Origin: Octopus sinensis
Taxonomy: Eukaryota
DNA length: 64,000 nucleotides
Assembly (NCBI RefSeq): GCF_006345805.1
Contig: NC_042999.1
Span: 15,686,001-15,750,000, forward strand
Direction: 5' to 3'
Below the pieces are notes generated by a model. That model worked only from the letters and a program-made list of their open reading frames with translations. It was not told the origin of the DNA and searched no databases. Positions 23,642-38,530 of the stretch are shown here, in pieces (within the stretch, counting starts at the first letter, position 1; every line of letters starts with the position of its first letter). The translations under genes and the position numbers were made by a program.

Positions 23642-23999
23642 CTGAAAATAAATAGAAATAATCATGAGAAAATGTTCTACACATTAAGTAGGAAGTACAA
23701 CTAATAATTAATATCTTATATATCCTTAGGTTTCTTTAACGAAGCATAAATGTTAATGCCTGGGAAAACATTAGCAATTGAATAATTAAGTGATAATATG
23801 AAAGAAATATATACAAGATAATTAGGCTTCATAAGAAATTAATATGTGAAAAATGCACCATGACATAACGTGCAGAATGAAAATAGAATATTGGACAAAG
23901 AAATAAGATGTATTAATTAATAAAACTATTATTAGCTTCATCTTTAGAATGTGTATTTACAATGTTTATATTTACTCTATACGTGAATCTCTGGCATGC

Positions 24000-24415
24000 A
24001 TGTATGTATGTATGTATGTATGTCATTATTCAGTTTATTTCAAAAATTTCTCGCCAATAGAGAAAGAACCAGTTTTTAACCTAGATTCAAGGCTCCTTCA
24101 TTGGAATTTCAACATCAACAACAAGGTATGTATGTATGTATGTATGTATGTATGTATGTATGTATGTATGTATGTATGTATGTATGTATGTATGCATGCA
24201 TGCATGCATGTCAATATTCAGTTTATTTCAAGATTTCTTGTCAATACAGAAAGAACCAGTTTCTAACCTAGATTCAAGGCTCCTTCAATGGAATTTCAAC
24301 ATCAACAACAAGGTATGTATGTATGTATGTTATGTATGTATCTATGTATGTGTGAGTGTGTGTGTGTATGTGTGTATGTATGTATGTGTGTATGTATGTA
24401 TGTGTGTATGTATGT
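24000..24415. repeat. Tandem duplication of a ~105-bp unit separated by (TATG)n tracts
   Basis: 24023-24128 and 24211-24315 are near-identical. Confidence 0.9.
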
Positions 24416-26279
24416 ACAGACAAACAAGATTTGAACTAGGAGCCATTATTTTTAACTCATGGAGATAACATTCTTATCCAATGCCATAGGTACCAATGCT
24501 TTAACACTACACACTCTAATGATGAGATTAATAGACCAAAAAATTATAATTGTAATGATGTTTCACAATTCATTTTGCTTTTTAAATTTTTGGCAATTGC
24601 CAAAAGCCTGAAGTTAGGGAACTGAAATGCATGAGATCCTAAACAAAGTCATAGAATTAAATCCAACAAAATATTTACATTATCTCCACTAATAAAAATT
24701 TTTAACATGTCATATAAAGGAACTTTTCTGGATTGTTGATGGAGTCTACAATAAAAAAAATACAAAGCAAACATACAGCAACTACAACAACAATTGTTAT
24801 GCTTTCATGAATATCATTAAGTTATTTAAAAAAAAAACAAACAAAAACCTATACAATATAAATGGTCACAAATGAAGACCCTATAAAGATTTTGTTTTTC
24901 TAAGATGCTGTAAAACAGCTCACAGTTTAGTCCATGAGCAGGAATTTGGGAAGAAGGTTAACTTCTAATACATTAGATTCAATTCTATAACAAGAACAAA
25001 CAAATAATATGATTGATGGATTAGAAAAAATATACATTCTGGTCATGCATCTTTATTCTGAATAATGCATATTGTGTTTGTATAGATGTACGTGTATATA
25101 TATTTCCATGTGTCTGGCATATTAATAAATTCATTTTAGCAATATGCTATGGAATATTTGCAGATAACATTTCAGAAAAGAAATATTAAACAGATATGGA
25201 AAAATGAAGATAATATTTATTGTTATATTGCATTCAAACTAAAATGATAATAAAAGAGATAAAATATATAAGAAATTTTTCTGATATACGGGACTTTAAG
25301 AGCTAACTGTGTGTCCTCTGACATAAAATAAATTACTGTAAAATGTTTTTATAAAGGCAATTAAAGCAAGTGCTTAGAATTTTTTCTCTTAGAAGAGCAA
25401 TGATTTTTTTTTCTTTTGCTTTTAAGAAGCAATATTTCTGTTTATGGTATTAATAGTACTATGTTGAAAGAAAAAAAAAGACATTTAGCTCAGTTTAATT
25501 TACAAGAAAAATAAATACTATAACAACTCAAAAAGAAGGCGATTATATATAAAAATTGATTTCCCAACTGCTTTTTACCCAAAATGTCTGAAATTTTAAT
25601 GTGGCTGTCAACAACAATTTCAAACAGAAAAAATTGCAGTCAAGAATTGTGATGCATGTTCAGTAACATAAAATCACCATGATTTATACAATGCTAGTTT
25701 TATTTTATTTTTCTAGTTGTTTGATACACACACATACACATGGGAGAAAGCAGGTCTCCCAGTATGACTCAAACAAAGGGACCAATCAATCTAGTTGACA
25801 ACATTCTTCTTCTTCTTTAGGTGCCATGTCCAGAATGAAGTTACATAGCCAATCATGGCCTGTTACAATTCTTCATTCTTTGTTTTCTGTGAGTTCTACT
25901 TCTTGATGGAGAAAATGCTAAAATAATTTTATAAAAAACATTTCAGTACCGGTTTCAGTCACTGAGACTTCTTCAACTGTAAGCATGGAAAACAATCAAA
26001 TTTTGGAAAGATTAAATGAAAAGCGAACCCACAAGTTACATAGAAGGCATGTTCTTGACTTCTTTACCATCATATTAACTTCTCTTTGTAACACTGCTCC
26101 TGGCACCTCTACACAATCATGTAAAATGTAGGGTAACCACGAATCTCCCCCACAACAAACCTTCCTCTCGTCATTTTATCATACGATGACATCTCAACAC
26201 CACACATGAAATAGCTTTGCAGATTATGGAATTGTTGGTCTTGCTACTTACAATGCAACATTACTAGTGTTGGTACCAT

Positions 26280-26519
26280 CTCTTTTACGCTTTTACTTGT
26301 ATCAGTCATTTGATGAAAGGCTGGAGCACCACTTTAGTCGAGCAAATCAGCCCCAGGACTTATTCTTTGCAAGCCTAGTACTTATTGTATCAGTCTCTTT
26401 TGATGAACCACTAAGTTACAGGGACGTAAACACACCAACATCAGTTGTCAAGCGATGTTGCGGGGGACAAACACAGACACACAAAGATATACACACACAC
26501 ACACCTATCTATCTATCTA

Positions 26520-26555
<36 letters not shown>

Positions 26556-26712
26556 ATGGGCTTCTTTCAGTTTCCGTCTACCAAGTCCACTCACAAAGCT
26601 TTGGTCAGCCTGAGGCTATAGTAGAAGACATTTGCCCAAGGTGCCACACAGTGGAACTGAACCCAGAACCATGTGGTTGGTAAGCAAGCTACTTACCACA
26701 CAGCCACTCCTA
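26280..26712 (-). mobile_element. SINE family B
   Basis: It is a near-complete reverse complement with an internal CA/TA tract. Confidence 0.85.
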
Positions 26713-28194
26713 CACTTGAAAAAAAAAAGAAACAAACAACCACTACACTCTGTAAAGTGACTGTCATTGGGAAGAACATTGAACAATAGAAGCTGAAGCA
26801 AAACTGACACATTGGAGCAAAACATTTTCTTCCACTCAGCTGAATTCTTCAAGCTATCCAAGCCATGGAAAGCAGATGTAAAATTCATGATGATACACAC
26901 ACACACATACTCACACAACACATAAATATACCTATATATATCCAAGTGAAGCTGGTGATGTATTAATAGATGTTATGGTGAGGAATATGGCACAAGTGAA
27001 TGCAAAGACCCAGTCTTCAATGATGTGAATGTACTAATCACAAATAATAAAAAAATAATGAACTGATAAAATACAATAATTTCTGTTACGAATTTATAAA
27101 CTTTTTACATACCAGGACAAATTTTGTTTTAATGTTTACACAAAATTATTGTACTGAATATATTTCAATAAATAAAACATATTGAAATCATTGAAAAAAA
27201 CTCTTGGAAAAATGAAATACAGTTTGCTAGTATTAGATATTTGATTAATGTAACTCTTTCAAAGCTAATACACATTCGACTGTTTTTATAAACCTTACAA
27301 TATTGAAAGTAAATAAAAACTTTTCACATGATTTTGATTTGGAAGAGAAAATATTAAAAAAATTTATTTAAAAAAACTCCAGTAAAAATCCATCATGATA
27401 TAAAGATTATAGTCGAACTGATCATTATTATTAAAAATGTTAATGATATACATGTAAATAATAACTTCTATCAAATGGAAATACAGAATGAGTTGAAGAA
27501 GAAGCCTTCTCTTTTAGACAGAGGAGTATTTCAATCAATAATGCTGGAAAGTATCTGCAGCAGTAAAAATATCTTGCATTGGAGAGTAAAGGAAATCTTT
27601 TGTTCTTAATGATTGAATAGAAAACATTATTGCGTACCGAAGTAGTCACATAAATAAACAGTTCAGCTAACACTTGAATGTATGGGCATCTAAGATCTTT
27701 AGAAGTAGTGTATTCAAATACAAACATTTAAGGTTATATCATTGGTAAATAATATTAAGCCTCTCACTTTCACTTTCTCTCTCTCTCTCTTTTTCTATCT
27801 CTATGTCAGTATATAATACATACACACACACACACACACAAACACACACAAACACACACACACATACACACACACACACACAGAGTTTAAATAAAATTAT
27901 TTTTCGTCTGTTTATAGAGAGAAAAATATAGCTGCAAGAATTCTCTTCTCTTAACATATGAAATATGTCTGGCAAGATGTTTATATAGTTAGAATTATCA
28001 ATGAAAAAATTGTTAGAAGTAATATTTTTTCAGAATTATTTACTAAAGTTAAACAAACAGTGTTGGATATTCTCTCTGGTATACTTTCAGAAAAGCAGTA
28101 AACAATCTGTAATGGTATAGAATATTTTTAAAATATAAAATACTTTGAAAAACACTTCGTTATAAAACACTACTAAAGAAACTTCACAATTTAC

Positions 28195-28900
28195 TCTGAG
28201 GTTGGTGCAAAAATAAATACACTTTTTGTCGTTTGAAGCTTATTTTAGAGCAAACTTTTATTTAACTATATGCAGTTTACCATTTTGAAGCACAGATTTT
28301 TGGCTATTGATTTATGTAAATGATTAGCTTCTCTATTTATTCTTGTTTATTCAAGTGATTTTATTGTATAAGTTCAATATAAAGTGCAAAGCTGCAGAAA
28401 CTGGTGACAATATCAACCAAACTTTTTGCTTGAAGACTATCAATAATCTACTGCTCAACATTGATTCCAAAACTTTTGTAGTGGAAACAATAGCCTTGAA
28501 GATGAGGAAGATCAAGGTTAAGCTTATACAATTGATAACAGCCAAATGCTTTCCTTAATTTGAAACTTCTCCCAAATAAAGAATGGTTACTAGTTTTAGT
28601 CAACATAATGCAAATTTATACAGCTATTCCATTATCGCTGCTTTTTATCTAATTCAATCCATATTTTCAAATTAACTTAAAATAGTCAAAGAATACGATA
28701 ACTTAATGGTAAACTGTAGAATCTTGGTGAGCCATAATAAAGAATTGCTGTATTCTATTAGTTGCAACTCACAACACTTTAGTAGTTTCCTGGATAACAC
28801 AATAAAAAAACAGAATAACTGCATTGCAATAGTAGATTAAGTTTTGATACGAAACAATTCCAATCATAGAGATTCCCTGGTAAATATTATTATTGTCTCC
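28195..28900 (+). pseudogene. Decayed mariner 5' portion
   Basis: It has a TIR-like GAGGTTGGTGCAAAAATAA. LYKFNIKCKAAETGDNINQTF and SLEDEEDQG resemble a mariner N-terminus. Confidence 0.6.
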
Positions 28901-30731
28901 AAGATAAAATCTATGCATGAATATTTTATAAAATGGAATGCAAAGCAGAATTTCATATCAGTAATTTATAATATTTCTCTAAAATGTTTCAACAGGGGAT
29001 ATTAGAAAACTCTAAACTTACAACATCATGATTATTTTTGAAAAATAGTTAACATATTTTACAGTGTACTCCTTAAATCCTATCAAAACCCGCAGAGTTC
29101 CTTGAGACCTAGCAGCACCCAATTCTTAAGAAGGAGGTGAATGTTATCAAGATCTCCAAACTCAATGAAACACTTCAACAGAAGTTACAACATTTAATTT
29201 TACACCTGATGAGTCAAGGACAGGTTCCTAAATAAAGTCAAAGAACAAGATGAATGGGTTAAAAAAATTCAGGTGTAACAATGATAAAAATGCTACGGGG
29301 AAAGAGTTGACTCTTTGACATATGATGTACAGAATATACAAATACAAAGAGAAATAAGTGCAATACACAATATGTTAGGTGAAATTTCAGACAAGAGGAA
29401 CCAATACTGGTATTTTCAAAAATATCATTTTTGCAACAAATGAATATGCCTAAATGATTATATATGTCTGATAGACAGTAATAATAAACCAAAATTGATA
29501 GTTATAAATCTATTGAGAATTGAATGGTAATTTTGTACAATATTTGGTTCAGATTTTACACAAATTATTTTCTATGTATCAAATACCGTCTGTTGTAGAA
29601 GATGGGTTTCTTCAATGGCTTTCTTCAATGGCATAAGTAACTGTATATTATTTCTTTTAACTAGTCTTGTGCTGACATAAATTGGTCAATTTCGCAACAT
29701 ATTTAATTTCTTTAAATACTGATTTAACAACAGTTCACAACATGGCACTGTTTAATTCAAATCCATATAACCATTCTGCATTATTCATCTTAAAATTCAA
29801 GTCTTGGTGTTAATATTTATATGAACAATTTAAAAATCTAAATGTGTGTGATTTTCATCAAAATAGTCAAATTCAGGTATAAACAATGGAACCCAAATAA
29901 TAAAAATTTCCTCATCATCCCTGGCTTTATGCATCAATTTATAAATTTTTCAAATTATCTTTTAATCAAAAGTTATTTTGTCATGCACTGGAAAGCAGAT
30001 ACATAGATACATATTAACAGAGGAATTGTTATACTCAAGTAATAGATTCTAGCATATTAGTTTTAAATAAAGTTGAGTCAAAGGTAACTTAAAATCGGAA
30101 TGTAAAAAGATGTAACTAAATATCACGAGGTATTTAGTCTAACATACACCATTTCTGCCCACCATTAGTCTAGCTTATATTTATAACAAAAACAGAATTG
30201 GTAAAATCAATAGAGCATCAGACAAAAAAATCTGTGATATTTAGTTACAGCCCTTTGTATAGTGATTTTTACTCCTGACATAGTGAACTTAACCTTTCAC
30301 TTTTTTATGATCAATAAAATAAAGTACCAATCAATTACTGGAGTCAATATATTCACTATAACACTGGCCCAAAATTTGTTACATTGTGCATATATTAGAA
30401 ATCAATGACAATAGTTTTTTGCATCTACTTTGATGACATATTGCAAGTAATGACCTAGATTTCATTTGTTGCAATTCTCAACACCCTAATCTAATATTAT
30501 ATATATATATATAATATATATATATATACACACACACAGTAGGATCTCACATATGTAAAACAGTGAGTTGTAAAACTATTATTAACTGAGATTATCAAAG
30601 CACTTAGTAGGCAAATCTCCCTTTATGACTGTTTCAAACCTAAAATCAATGGAATAACTAAAATACATTCAGTTAATCAAAACTTTTGAGGAAAGGATAA
30701 AAATACTCTGTGATTATGATTTTATTTTTAA

Positions 30732-30911
30732 CCCTTTTGATGCCATCTCCCTGTTTCAAAGTTATATGAATTAAAAGCTTCTATCAGAATTTAATGTTCA
30801 TTTATTTTCCCAACAATAGGTTAATAATAAAAAAGTCATTTTATAAATTTCTTCATTATTTTCAAAATGAACTGAAATAAAATATATTTCAACAGAATTT
30901 TAACACAAAGG
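30732..30911. mobile_element. TTAA-flanked piggyBac-type MITE, diverged subfamily
   Basis: It runs TTAA|CCCTTTTGATGCCA...CACAAAGG|TTAA. Confidence 0.65.
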
Positions 30912-31509
30912 TTAAAGTCGGCCAGTGAAAGCAAATGATGTTTCAGTGTTATTAGACCTTTTCAGCAAAATATATTCTAGTTAACTACAAGACACAGAAT
31001 TTACTAGTATTTACTGAAGCTGTCAAACAAATTAAACTGTACATCTCAGATTACTTCTTATAGCTTTCTTTCTTTTATTCTCAAGACAAACCTATCTTTA
31101 AGATAAATTCTGTCTGTTAGGTCTATGAAGTTGATTTACAGTCTATGATATGGATGCTTATGTTTAACTTGCACTGACTTAGTAAATGGACAAATATTTA
31201 ACACATCTATCAGATTTCCTTTCTCTGTTTCTTTTGGTGGCGGTGAGAGTTTAGTTACAGAGAGATTTATGTAAATTGTAAAAGGATTTAGTAGAGCCAG
31301 TTAATGCAGAAGTGAATAAGCCAACATTATAAATGAGAAATACTTTCTTTCAACAAATGTAAATGCTGAGAAATGTCAATTTTGTTTTTAGAGAGATCAT
31401 TCTTTGACAAGACAGATAGATGCACATCAAAAGTTAATGAACCGAATCTAAACTGAGATAGCAATCTGTAGTGCTGTACAATGTTTACATTGTATAAACT
31501 TCATGTTTC

Positions 31510-32160
31510 ATGTGTCATGTGAAAGCATTTGAAATCCAATTGACCAGTCTCCTCCAAGCTTCTCTGTCCTCCATCAACTCTGTAACACTTGTTTTCAAGG
31601 TTGGTGTCCTCCAGCATCTATTACCCATACATTCAACAATGTCTCTTCTTTTACTATGTACTCGTTTCCATAACAATAATTCACATACAACTTCATCATC
31701 ATTTTGTTGCCAACGTTCCACAAGCTTAAGCTTACATTGTTGGATGTTTCTTTTTCTTTTTAAGAACAGCATATTTCCATATAATGCATTATTTGCTAAA
31801 TATTGCTTCCAGGAAATGTTCTTCAACTTCCTTAACATCTTAGTATAACCTGCTTTCTATTACTTTTGTAAGTGTCCAGTACTTAGATCCATATATCAGT
31901 ACGCTTTCTACTGAAAATCCAAAAGAAAAAAAATATACTTTGAAGTCATTCCCATAGATTTCTTTCCCATATTGTGGACATCTTGTGAATTGCTGACCAT
32001 GTTAATTCAGTTCTTCACTTATCTCTCTCTCTGAGCTTTCTATCCCTGATCCCAGATATTTGAAGTCATTTACACATTTCAAGTTTGAACCCTTTGATGA
32101 TTCAATGTGCTCTTTTAGTTGATTGAAAACCATAAACTTGGTCTTATAATCATTGACTTC
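31510..32160 (-). pseudogene. Decayed RTE relic similar to the 5350 element
   Basis: Fragments include GSNLKCVNDFKYLGS and MLRKLKNISWKQYLANNALYG...ELLLWKRVH...MEDREAWRRLV. Confidence 0.75.
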
Positions 32161-32644
32161 TTATTGGGGTATATTTAAAGAATTTGTGTAAATTACTTAT
32201 AAGATTTGTTGTTCAGAATTACTACAGGCTTTTCCTCGTCTGAAAATTCTATGAAAGGAAGTGGGATTACATGCTCCCTAATTCATCTCAGTTGATGTGA
32301 TGAGCTAGGTTGATAGAGATGATGTGAAGGAATAGCAATAATGTTACGTTTGAGAGAAATATATGCTTAGATAATATAAATTAACTTAGCCACAATAAAC
32401 CTGAGAACCATCACCAGAATATGAGCATGAGACAACCACACTATCACTCAACTTGTCAAATGGAGATTTATCACTAATGACTGAACAAGAGACCAATCAT
32501 ACATTAAAACATCACTCATGTGCATGCACATATGCACACACTTATATAAATTTAGTTGAATGAAACCAATGCTTGTGACTAATAGTAATTTCTCTCTAAC
32601 TACTAATACACTGTGCTGTGTGTGCATGCATGTGTGTGGATGTA

Positions 32645-33544
32645 CGTGGTCTGATCAATAAGTATACGGACTGTTGCCATAGTAATCAAGCCAAAGCATG
32701 CAGAATAAAGCCACTTAGCACTGATTGACCTTGAACTATGCTCTGCATGTATGCTAAGTTTTCAAGTTCTAGCTCACTTCTGCTGTTTACAGCAGTGCTT
32801 GGAAGGAAGGTGTGTAGCGTGTGATTGTTGCATTGACCATGACAGAGACAGCTGAGCAGAGAATCTGCATCAAATTTTGCTAAAAGCTAGGCAATAACTG
32901 CTTAGAGGCCTATGCAAAGTTTTCGAAAAGTTTTCATTGTTCTCAACACAATGAAGGAGAGATCTTGTGCAATTAAAGCCCAAGTGTCTTTTTGGTCAGC
33001 TGAAAGCAGTTTTGACACAAACTTGGCAGACTCGCGTCTCATACCCAAGTATTCAGTGATAATGGACTAAACTGAACTGTAACTAATCTATAACCATACT
33101 CTGACAACTCACGGATGGTGATTTGACAATTTCCCCTCACAGATTCACATACATCTGTGATGTTCCTCTCAATTCTGCTGGTTGCGGATCTCCCAGAATG
33201 TTTGTCAATATTGACATTTTTTTCGGCCATCTTGGAAACGTCTGAACCACTCGTACACTTGTGTGCAGCTCATATACTCCTCTCTATACACTTTCTGCAA
33301 CTTTACATAGGCCTCTGAGCAGGTATCACCATGACAACTTTCTCTGTCATGGTCAATGTGACAATCACATACAACACACCTTCCTTCTAAGCACTGCTGT
33401 AATCCGTAGAAGTGAGCTAGAACGTTAAAACTTAGTGCACATGCACAGCAGAGTTCAAGGTGAATCTGTGCTAAGCGGTTTCACTCTGCATGCTTTGACT
33501 TTGTTACTATGATAACAGTCCGGATTCTTATTGATCAGACCTGG
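32645..33544. mobile_element. Non-autonomous mariner derivative with two inverted 5' ends
   Basis: TA flanks both ends. Inverted arms of ~245-280 bp both run into the transposase start codon. The minus strand encodes the HTH region AYVKLQKVYREEYMSCTQVYEWFRRFQDGRK...LGMRRESAKFVSKLL. Confidence 0.9.
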
Positions 33545-35544
33545 TACTCAGACCAGAATTAAACCCACAAACTTTAATTATTAGTATAATACTCTTCTTT
33601 TAAAAGAAGATAATGGAATTGAAATCTGTGTTAAAAATAAAGACCCAGCATTTACATTTTATTCTAAATTATGCATACACTGAAATATGATACTAAATGA
33701 CAACTACAGAATATACTGATCAGAATTTAGTGTACTTTGACTAACAAACTCTAAGGTTAACACTAAGTCATTTTTTAAAGATCTTATTAATAATTCATCT
33801 CAGGACTTCATATATGTTAGACACCATTAACAAAAATGAATATTACAATTATACTTTTGAATAAGGAAATAGAAAATATGACTACTTTTGAAAGAATGAT
33901 AATTTCGTTAAAACCAAACAGGATATTCAATAAAATATTCAGTGTATATTTAAAATTAAATTAACATGTCTATCCACAAATATATCAAATTTAATTTGAC
34001 ATTTCATAATGTAAGCTAGTTAATTTAAATTTAATAAAATAATTTTATGACCGAGATATTTGAGAGAAAGTAGATGAACATTTTCATTGATGAGTGTATA
34101 TAGATTATTTTTATGTAAAAGAGAATTTAATCTATTAAATGATATGTAAAACATCCTCATCATAACAATTACTCTATTTATTGATTTAATATCAGTGGTG
34201 GATATCTATTTGTCTTGATCTGCTAACATTTTCTCTGTGTGACCAACATTTCTCAGATGATTCTCTTAATTAGCCACACCTACTTTATCTTTACTGCAGT
34301 TACTTTTATTATTAAACATCTAAGTTTCTCTCTTTTTCTTTTTTTTCACCTAGCAAGTATCATCCATTAACATTAGATCTGAATGCAAGTTTAGTCTTTG
34401 TGTATATATTGATCAACACAACAGATGTTTTGATTAATATGTAAAAGACTATATTTGGTAACTCCTCTATAACAATTGCAGTCTCTAACTTAATACCCAT
34501 CTATCTTCACACTGCATGTACAAATGCCTCAAAGTATGGCCTTCATAAAGTTTCTTGTATATTAATAGGAGCAGTTTCTCCACATTATTTTCCCTCAGAT
34601 AGAAATGCACCAGCAAAAAGATAAATGATAGTACAATGAAAATTAAGAGATCAACACTTTAAATATTTAAATGGCTACTCCACTGCAAACACTTGTGTGA
34701 TATCTTAAAAGGCAGAACAAATCAAGAGGCTTAAAAACAGGAGGTTATCCATCTGTTTACTAAATTCCTTCTTGAGGTTATTATTGCTTGTACTAACCTC
34801 ATATTCAGCACTCTTAGGAATTACCTAATTAATATGGAGTACTCTGGAGATGATTTAATGAATCAGTAACTAAATCTCTCTCAGATTACATGCTCCCAGC
34901 TTAAATCAAGCAGGATACGCTGGATAATATAGTCTCTGATATAAGAAAGATAAGATGTCTCATACACAATTAATTTATAAGTCTGCTTGATTAGAATTGG
35001 CTGGAGGCTAAACAACAACATGACAACACACTTAAGTCACTTTTCACACATATTTGTCCTCCAGTTTATCAGACTTTAGTGTATGACATATAACAGTTAT
35101 CTGGGTAAGAACAATATAATAGTGAAAATGCTTCAGAGGGCACATCCTACATGCTACTTAAAAATGCTATTGGGTTTCACATATGCAATATAATGTAATG
35201 CAAACATGCCTAAAAGGAGTTTTTAGCAATTAATTGTGTAAATAATCTCAGTTAAGTTTTTGCAGTTTACTACAAAACATATGTGGGATTATCATGCTTT
35301 ATCTCGGTACATCAGTACAAAAGGAAGTTATTTGCAACTAATCAAGAAGATTTTTTTTAGCATCTGTGTTTCTACTTCGTTATAAATTGAAGTTGTTTTG
35401 TATGCAAACCAAATTTTACCTGTTCCATATTCCTTGTAACTACTTCCATTCTTCTCTTACTCATTGCTTGTTGTCATGAATCAGTTAATGATAATGAAGT
35501 TATATCAATAACTGCATATATTATTATACTAGTAATATCAACAA

Positions 35545-35785
35545 TTACTGATATATATTACAACTGTCGGAGCACTGCCTCCTTCAAAACTTCCATGCTT
35601 CCTGAGATTCACCAACACTACACCTGATTTCCCCCCCGCCATATACACACAAGCATGTATCTGACTCATACACTGTTCGCTTTCCAGACATTTGTACATT
35701 ACTGCATATACTTTATACGCACTTTTTGACAAGTTGTGGTGCACCTGAGCACTGTATACAATAATTTCATTATTATTATTATTAT
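35545..35785 (+). mobile_element. 3' end of a LINE with a (TAT)n tail
   Basis: A GC-richer block encodes CRSTASFKTSMLPEIHQHYT*, followed by a short UTR and ACAATAATTTCATTATTATTATT. Confidence 0.45.
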
Positions 35786-36034
35786 ATTTTATATGGTCTA
35801 CCACTAAGAGCTGTGGATTGACAAAATCAGAAGACTGTCATATCATATGAAATCACCTGCAATATTTATTTATATTTTGAATCCTCAGCAAGGATGCCTA
35901 TGGGTTCTAATCCTATATACCCTTCTGCCAAAATTAGCTGCTATTGTGCTTGTGTTTGATTCTATTATTTTAATTATTGCAAAAGACCTGAAAATTCTAT
36001 TTAAAAAAACCTATAAAATTATACAATGCTTTAA

Positions 36035-36249
36035 CACTTTCATTACCGTATTTATTTTGAGATGTTCTGAGTTTCTTTCAATTACTTTAAATATAACAAA
36101 GAATTTAGTAAAATAACTTAGTTATCATTAAGCTAGTGTTAGGAACATAAGTTGTGACTAAGGTTTGGTGGAAGATTTTAATTCAAAACTTATGAAAACA
36201 AGACATTTGTACACCAGAGCCGGTTTCAGCCGGGCTGGTAACAAAAGGG
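36035..36249 (-). mobile_element. piggyBac-type MITE, same family as 3692
   Basis: It is the reverse complement of 3692-3911 with TTAA/TTAG flanks. Confidence 0.8.
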
Positions 36250-38157
36250 TTAGATAAGAGTTAAAAATTACTTTGCCTTACCCAAAATTGCTTAGAATTC
36301 AACGATGTATAATTCATTGATAATGACGCTAAGTATTAAAGTTATTAGAAAATACTTATTAATAACACTGGAGTAATGCAAAACTTAAGACTGGATCTTT
36401 GTAAATGTCTGTACCACATTTTTGACTCCAATTCTGTTCATTTCTCTCAAAATTCTCACACAACTGTAGTGAAAACATTCTATGAGAAAAACAATTTTTT
36501 AAATGCCAGTACCAGAAAAAAACTATTGCAAGGGATATGTGTCAACCATTAGGAAATGCTTTTAACTTAATTTAACATTTTATTTTCCACCGTATTTAAC
36601 ATGATTATTTATCCTTTTGAAGTTTACATGTTTGTCAATACCATACCAGAGTGTCAATTAAGGAATAAAAATTAACAATCATTAAAATACAAATTTTACA
36701 ACTGCTAAATTTACAAACTTACTAAGATAAATATTTCTCAATCCTCAGAGGATGATTATTTTTTTTATCAAAGCTCAATTACTCAGTTTTGTTACTCATT
36801 AGGAAATTTTAATAGGTATCCAGTTGTTTATATTTTTTTGAACTTCAGTGAAAATTTCACAAATACTATACTGTTCGATTTCTTTTTGGCTTCACATGTA
36901 CAGATATATCGTAAGCTACTTTTCTCATCGTTACAATGTAATATAACATTTTGACCAGCATTTCAGCAATAATGAAACCTAATGTTCTGCTTGTTATTCT
37001 CAGCACCACCTAAAGCATAGCTGTTATCCATAAGTTCATAAGTAACAACGTTCCTTCTTTCTCTCTGCTTGAAACTTCTATAAAATACTGAAGCATGCAT
37101 ATGTATGTTCCAGCTAATCAAGACAAGAAACAATCTAATTGCTGTCCAAATATCCTCCAAGCAAATTCTGTGTTGGATATGATAATCACATCTCTTCTTA
37201 CAATGGTTTGAATCTACAATCCACTTCAAAGGTCACAAATAATTCACCTGCTGAAATATACAGTAATGATAAACAGCAGAAATCTTTTAATTTGAATAAA
37301 TTTAGTAAAGATGACTTGAGATATCATACGAACAGTTACTCAAATCGTGTATAAAGGCTGTGAACTGATTCCCCCCTCTTTTTTCTTAATATCAGTGATT
37401 TCTTGTCACACAGCCATAACTATATACATTCTTACTTTGATTACACTTATATCCTTCACCTGTTTCGCAGAGTGTAACTTTAACAGCTCTTAGCTACCCT
37501 AATTACATTTTATTGATATTCTACAATAGATTCCAAACAATGCCAAAACACACATATAAATTATCTCCACAAAAGATTAACACACTGATTAAGCATTTCA
37601 AAGTTTGAAACAGAAGAGTTTATCAAAGAAAAATGTGTGTATATATATCTATATATATTGAATAGTTTTCATAAAGATGGTGTAAATTTATACAAAGACA
37701 ATCTTATTGTATGCTATGCTGAATTTTTATAAATTTAATTTAAGTCAGACATGAATGTAAAAGTACTTGCCAACCTTCTTAAAAATTTTTTTCTTCATAA
37801 TCTCTTTTATCGATTTTATATTTTGATACTCAGAAATGTTAGAATTTAATACATTTTTTGTTTCATTTAAACAATGCAATAACATGACAGAATTTTAGGG
37901 ATAATCAACCTTCTCATAGTTTAATCTTCATACAAAAAAATTCAAAATTTTAGGCTGCAACCTTATTTATGAAACAAATTAACCATCACTAGCCACAAAA
38001 AAAAAAAGAGATAAATTTTCTTTGTAATTTACAATCAAATTATTTTTGATAATTCTGAAATGCCTAAAAGTGGTATATTGGATGGAATTTTTGAACCTTC
38101 AAAATCTCACCCTAAAACCAAGATTGTTTTAAATACTAAATATTATCTTTTAATTCT

Positions 38158-38530
38158 TTTACTTGTTTTAGTTATTAGATTGCGATCATGCTGGAACACC
38201 ACTTTGAGGAATTTTAGTCAAACAAATTGACCCAATACTTATTCTATCAGTACTTATTCTATGTCTTTTTTGCTGAACTTCTATGTTATAGGGACATAAT
38301 CACTCTTACACTGGTTGTCAATCAGTGGTGGGTGACAAGCACAAATGCACATACATACATGCACACACACAGACACATGCACGCACACACGCACACATGT
38401 AACAGGCTTCTTTCAGTTTCTAGCAAAACAGTTTCTGTCTATCAAGTCTATTCATAAAGCTTTCGTCAGCCCAAGGATATATCAGAAAACTCTTGCCCAA
38501 GGTTTATGGGAAGCAAATTTCTTACCATAC
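38158..38530 (-). mobile_element. SINE family B, diverged
   Basis: The family B core is present in reverse orientation. Confidence 0.7.

Noticed and set aside
27440-27727. 95-aa minus-strand ORF
   Set aside because: It has no recognisable motif and no good donor site, and is compatible with chance.
29206-29225. CTGATGA-GTC-AAG-GAC, resembling a minimal hammerhead stem II
   Set aside because: It is followed by AGGT rather than GAAA, and no stems I or III were found.
36963-37354. Opposing 88-aa and 71-aa ORFs in unique-looking DNA
   Set aside because: Both rely on TTG starts, and neither has a recognisable motif or convincing paired splice sites.
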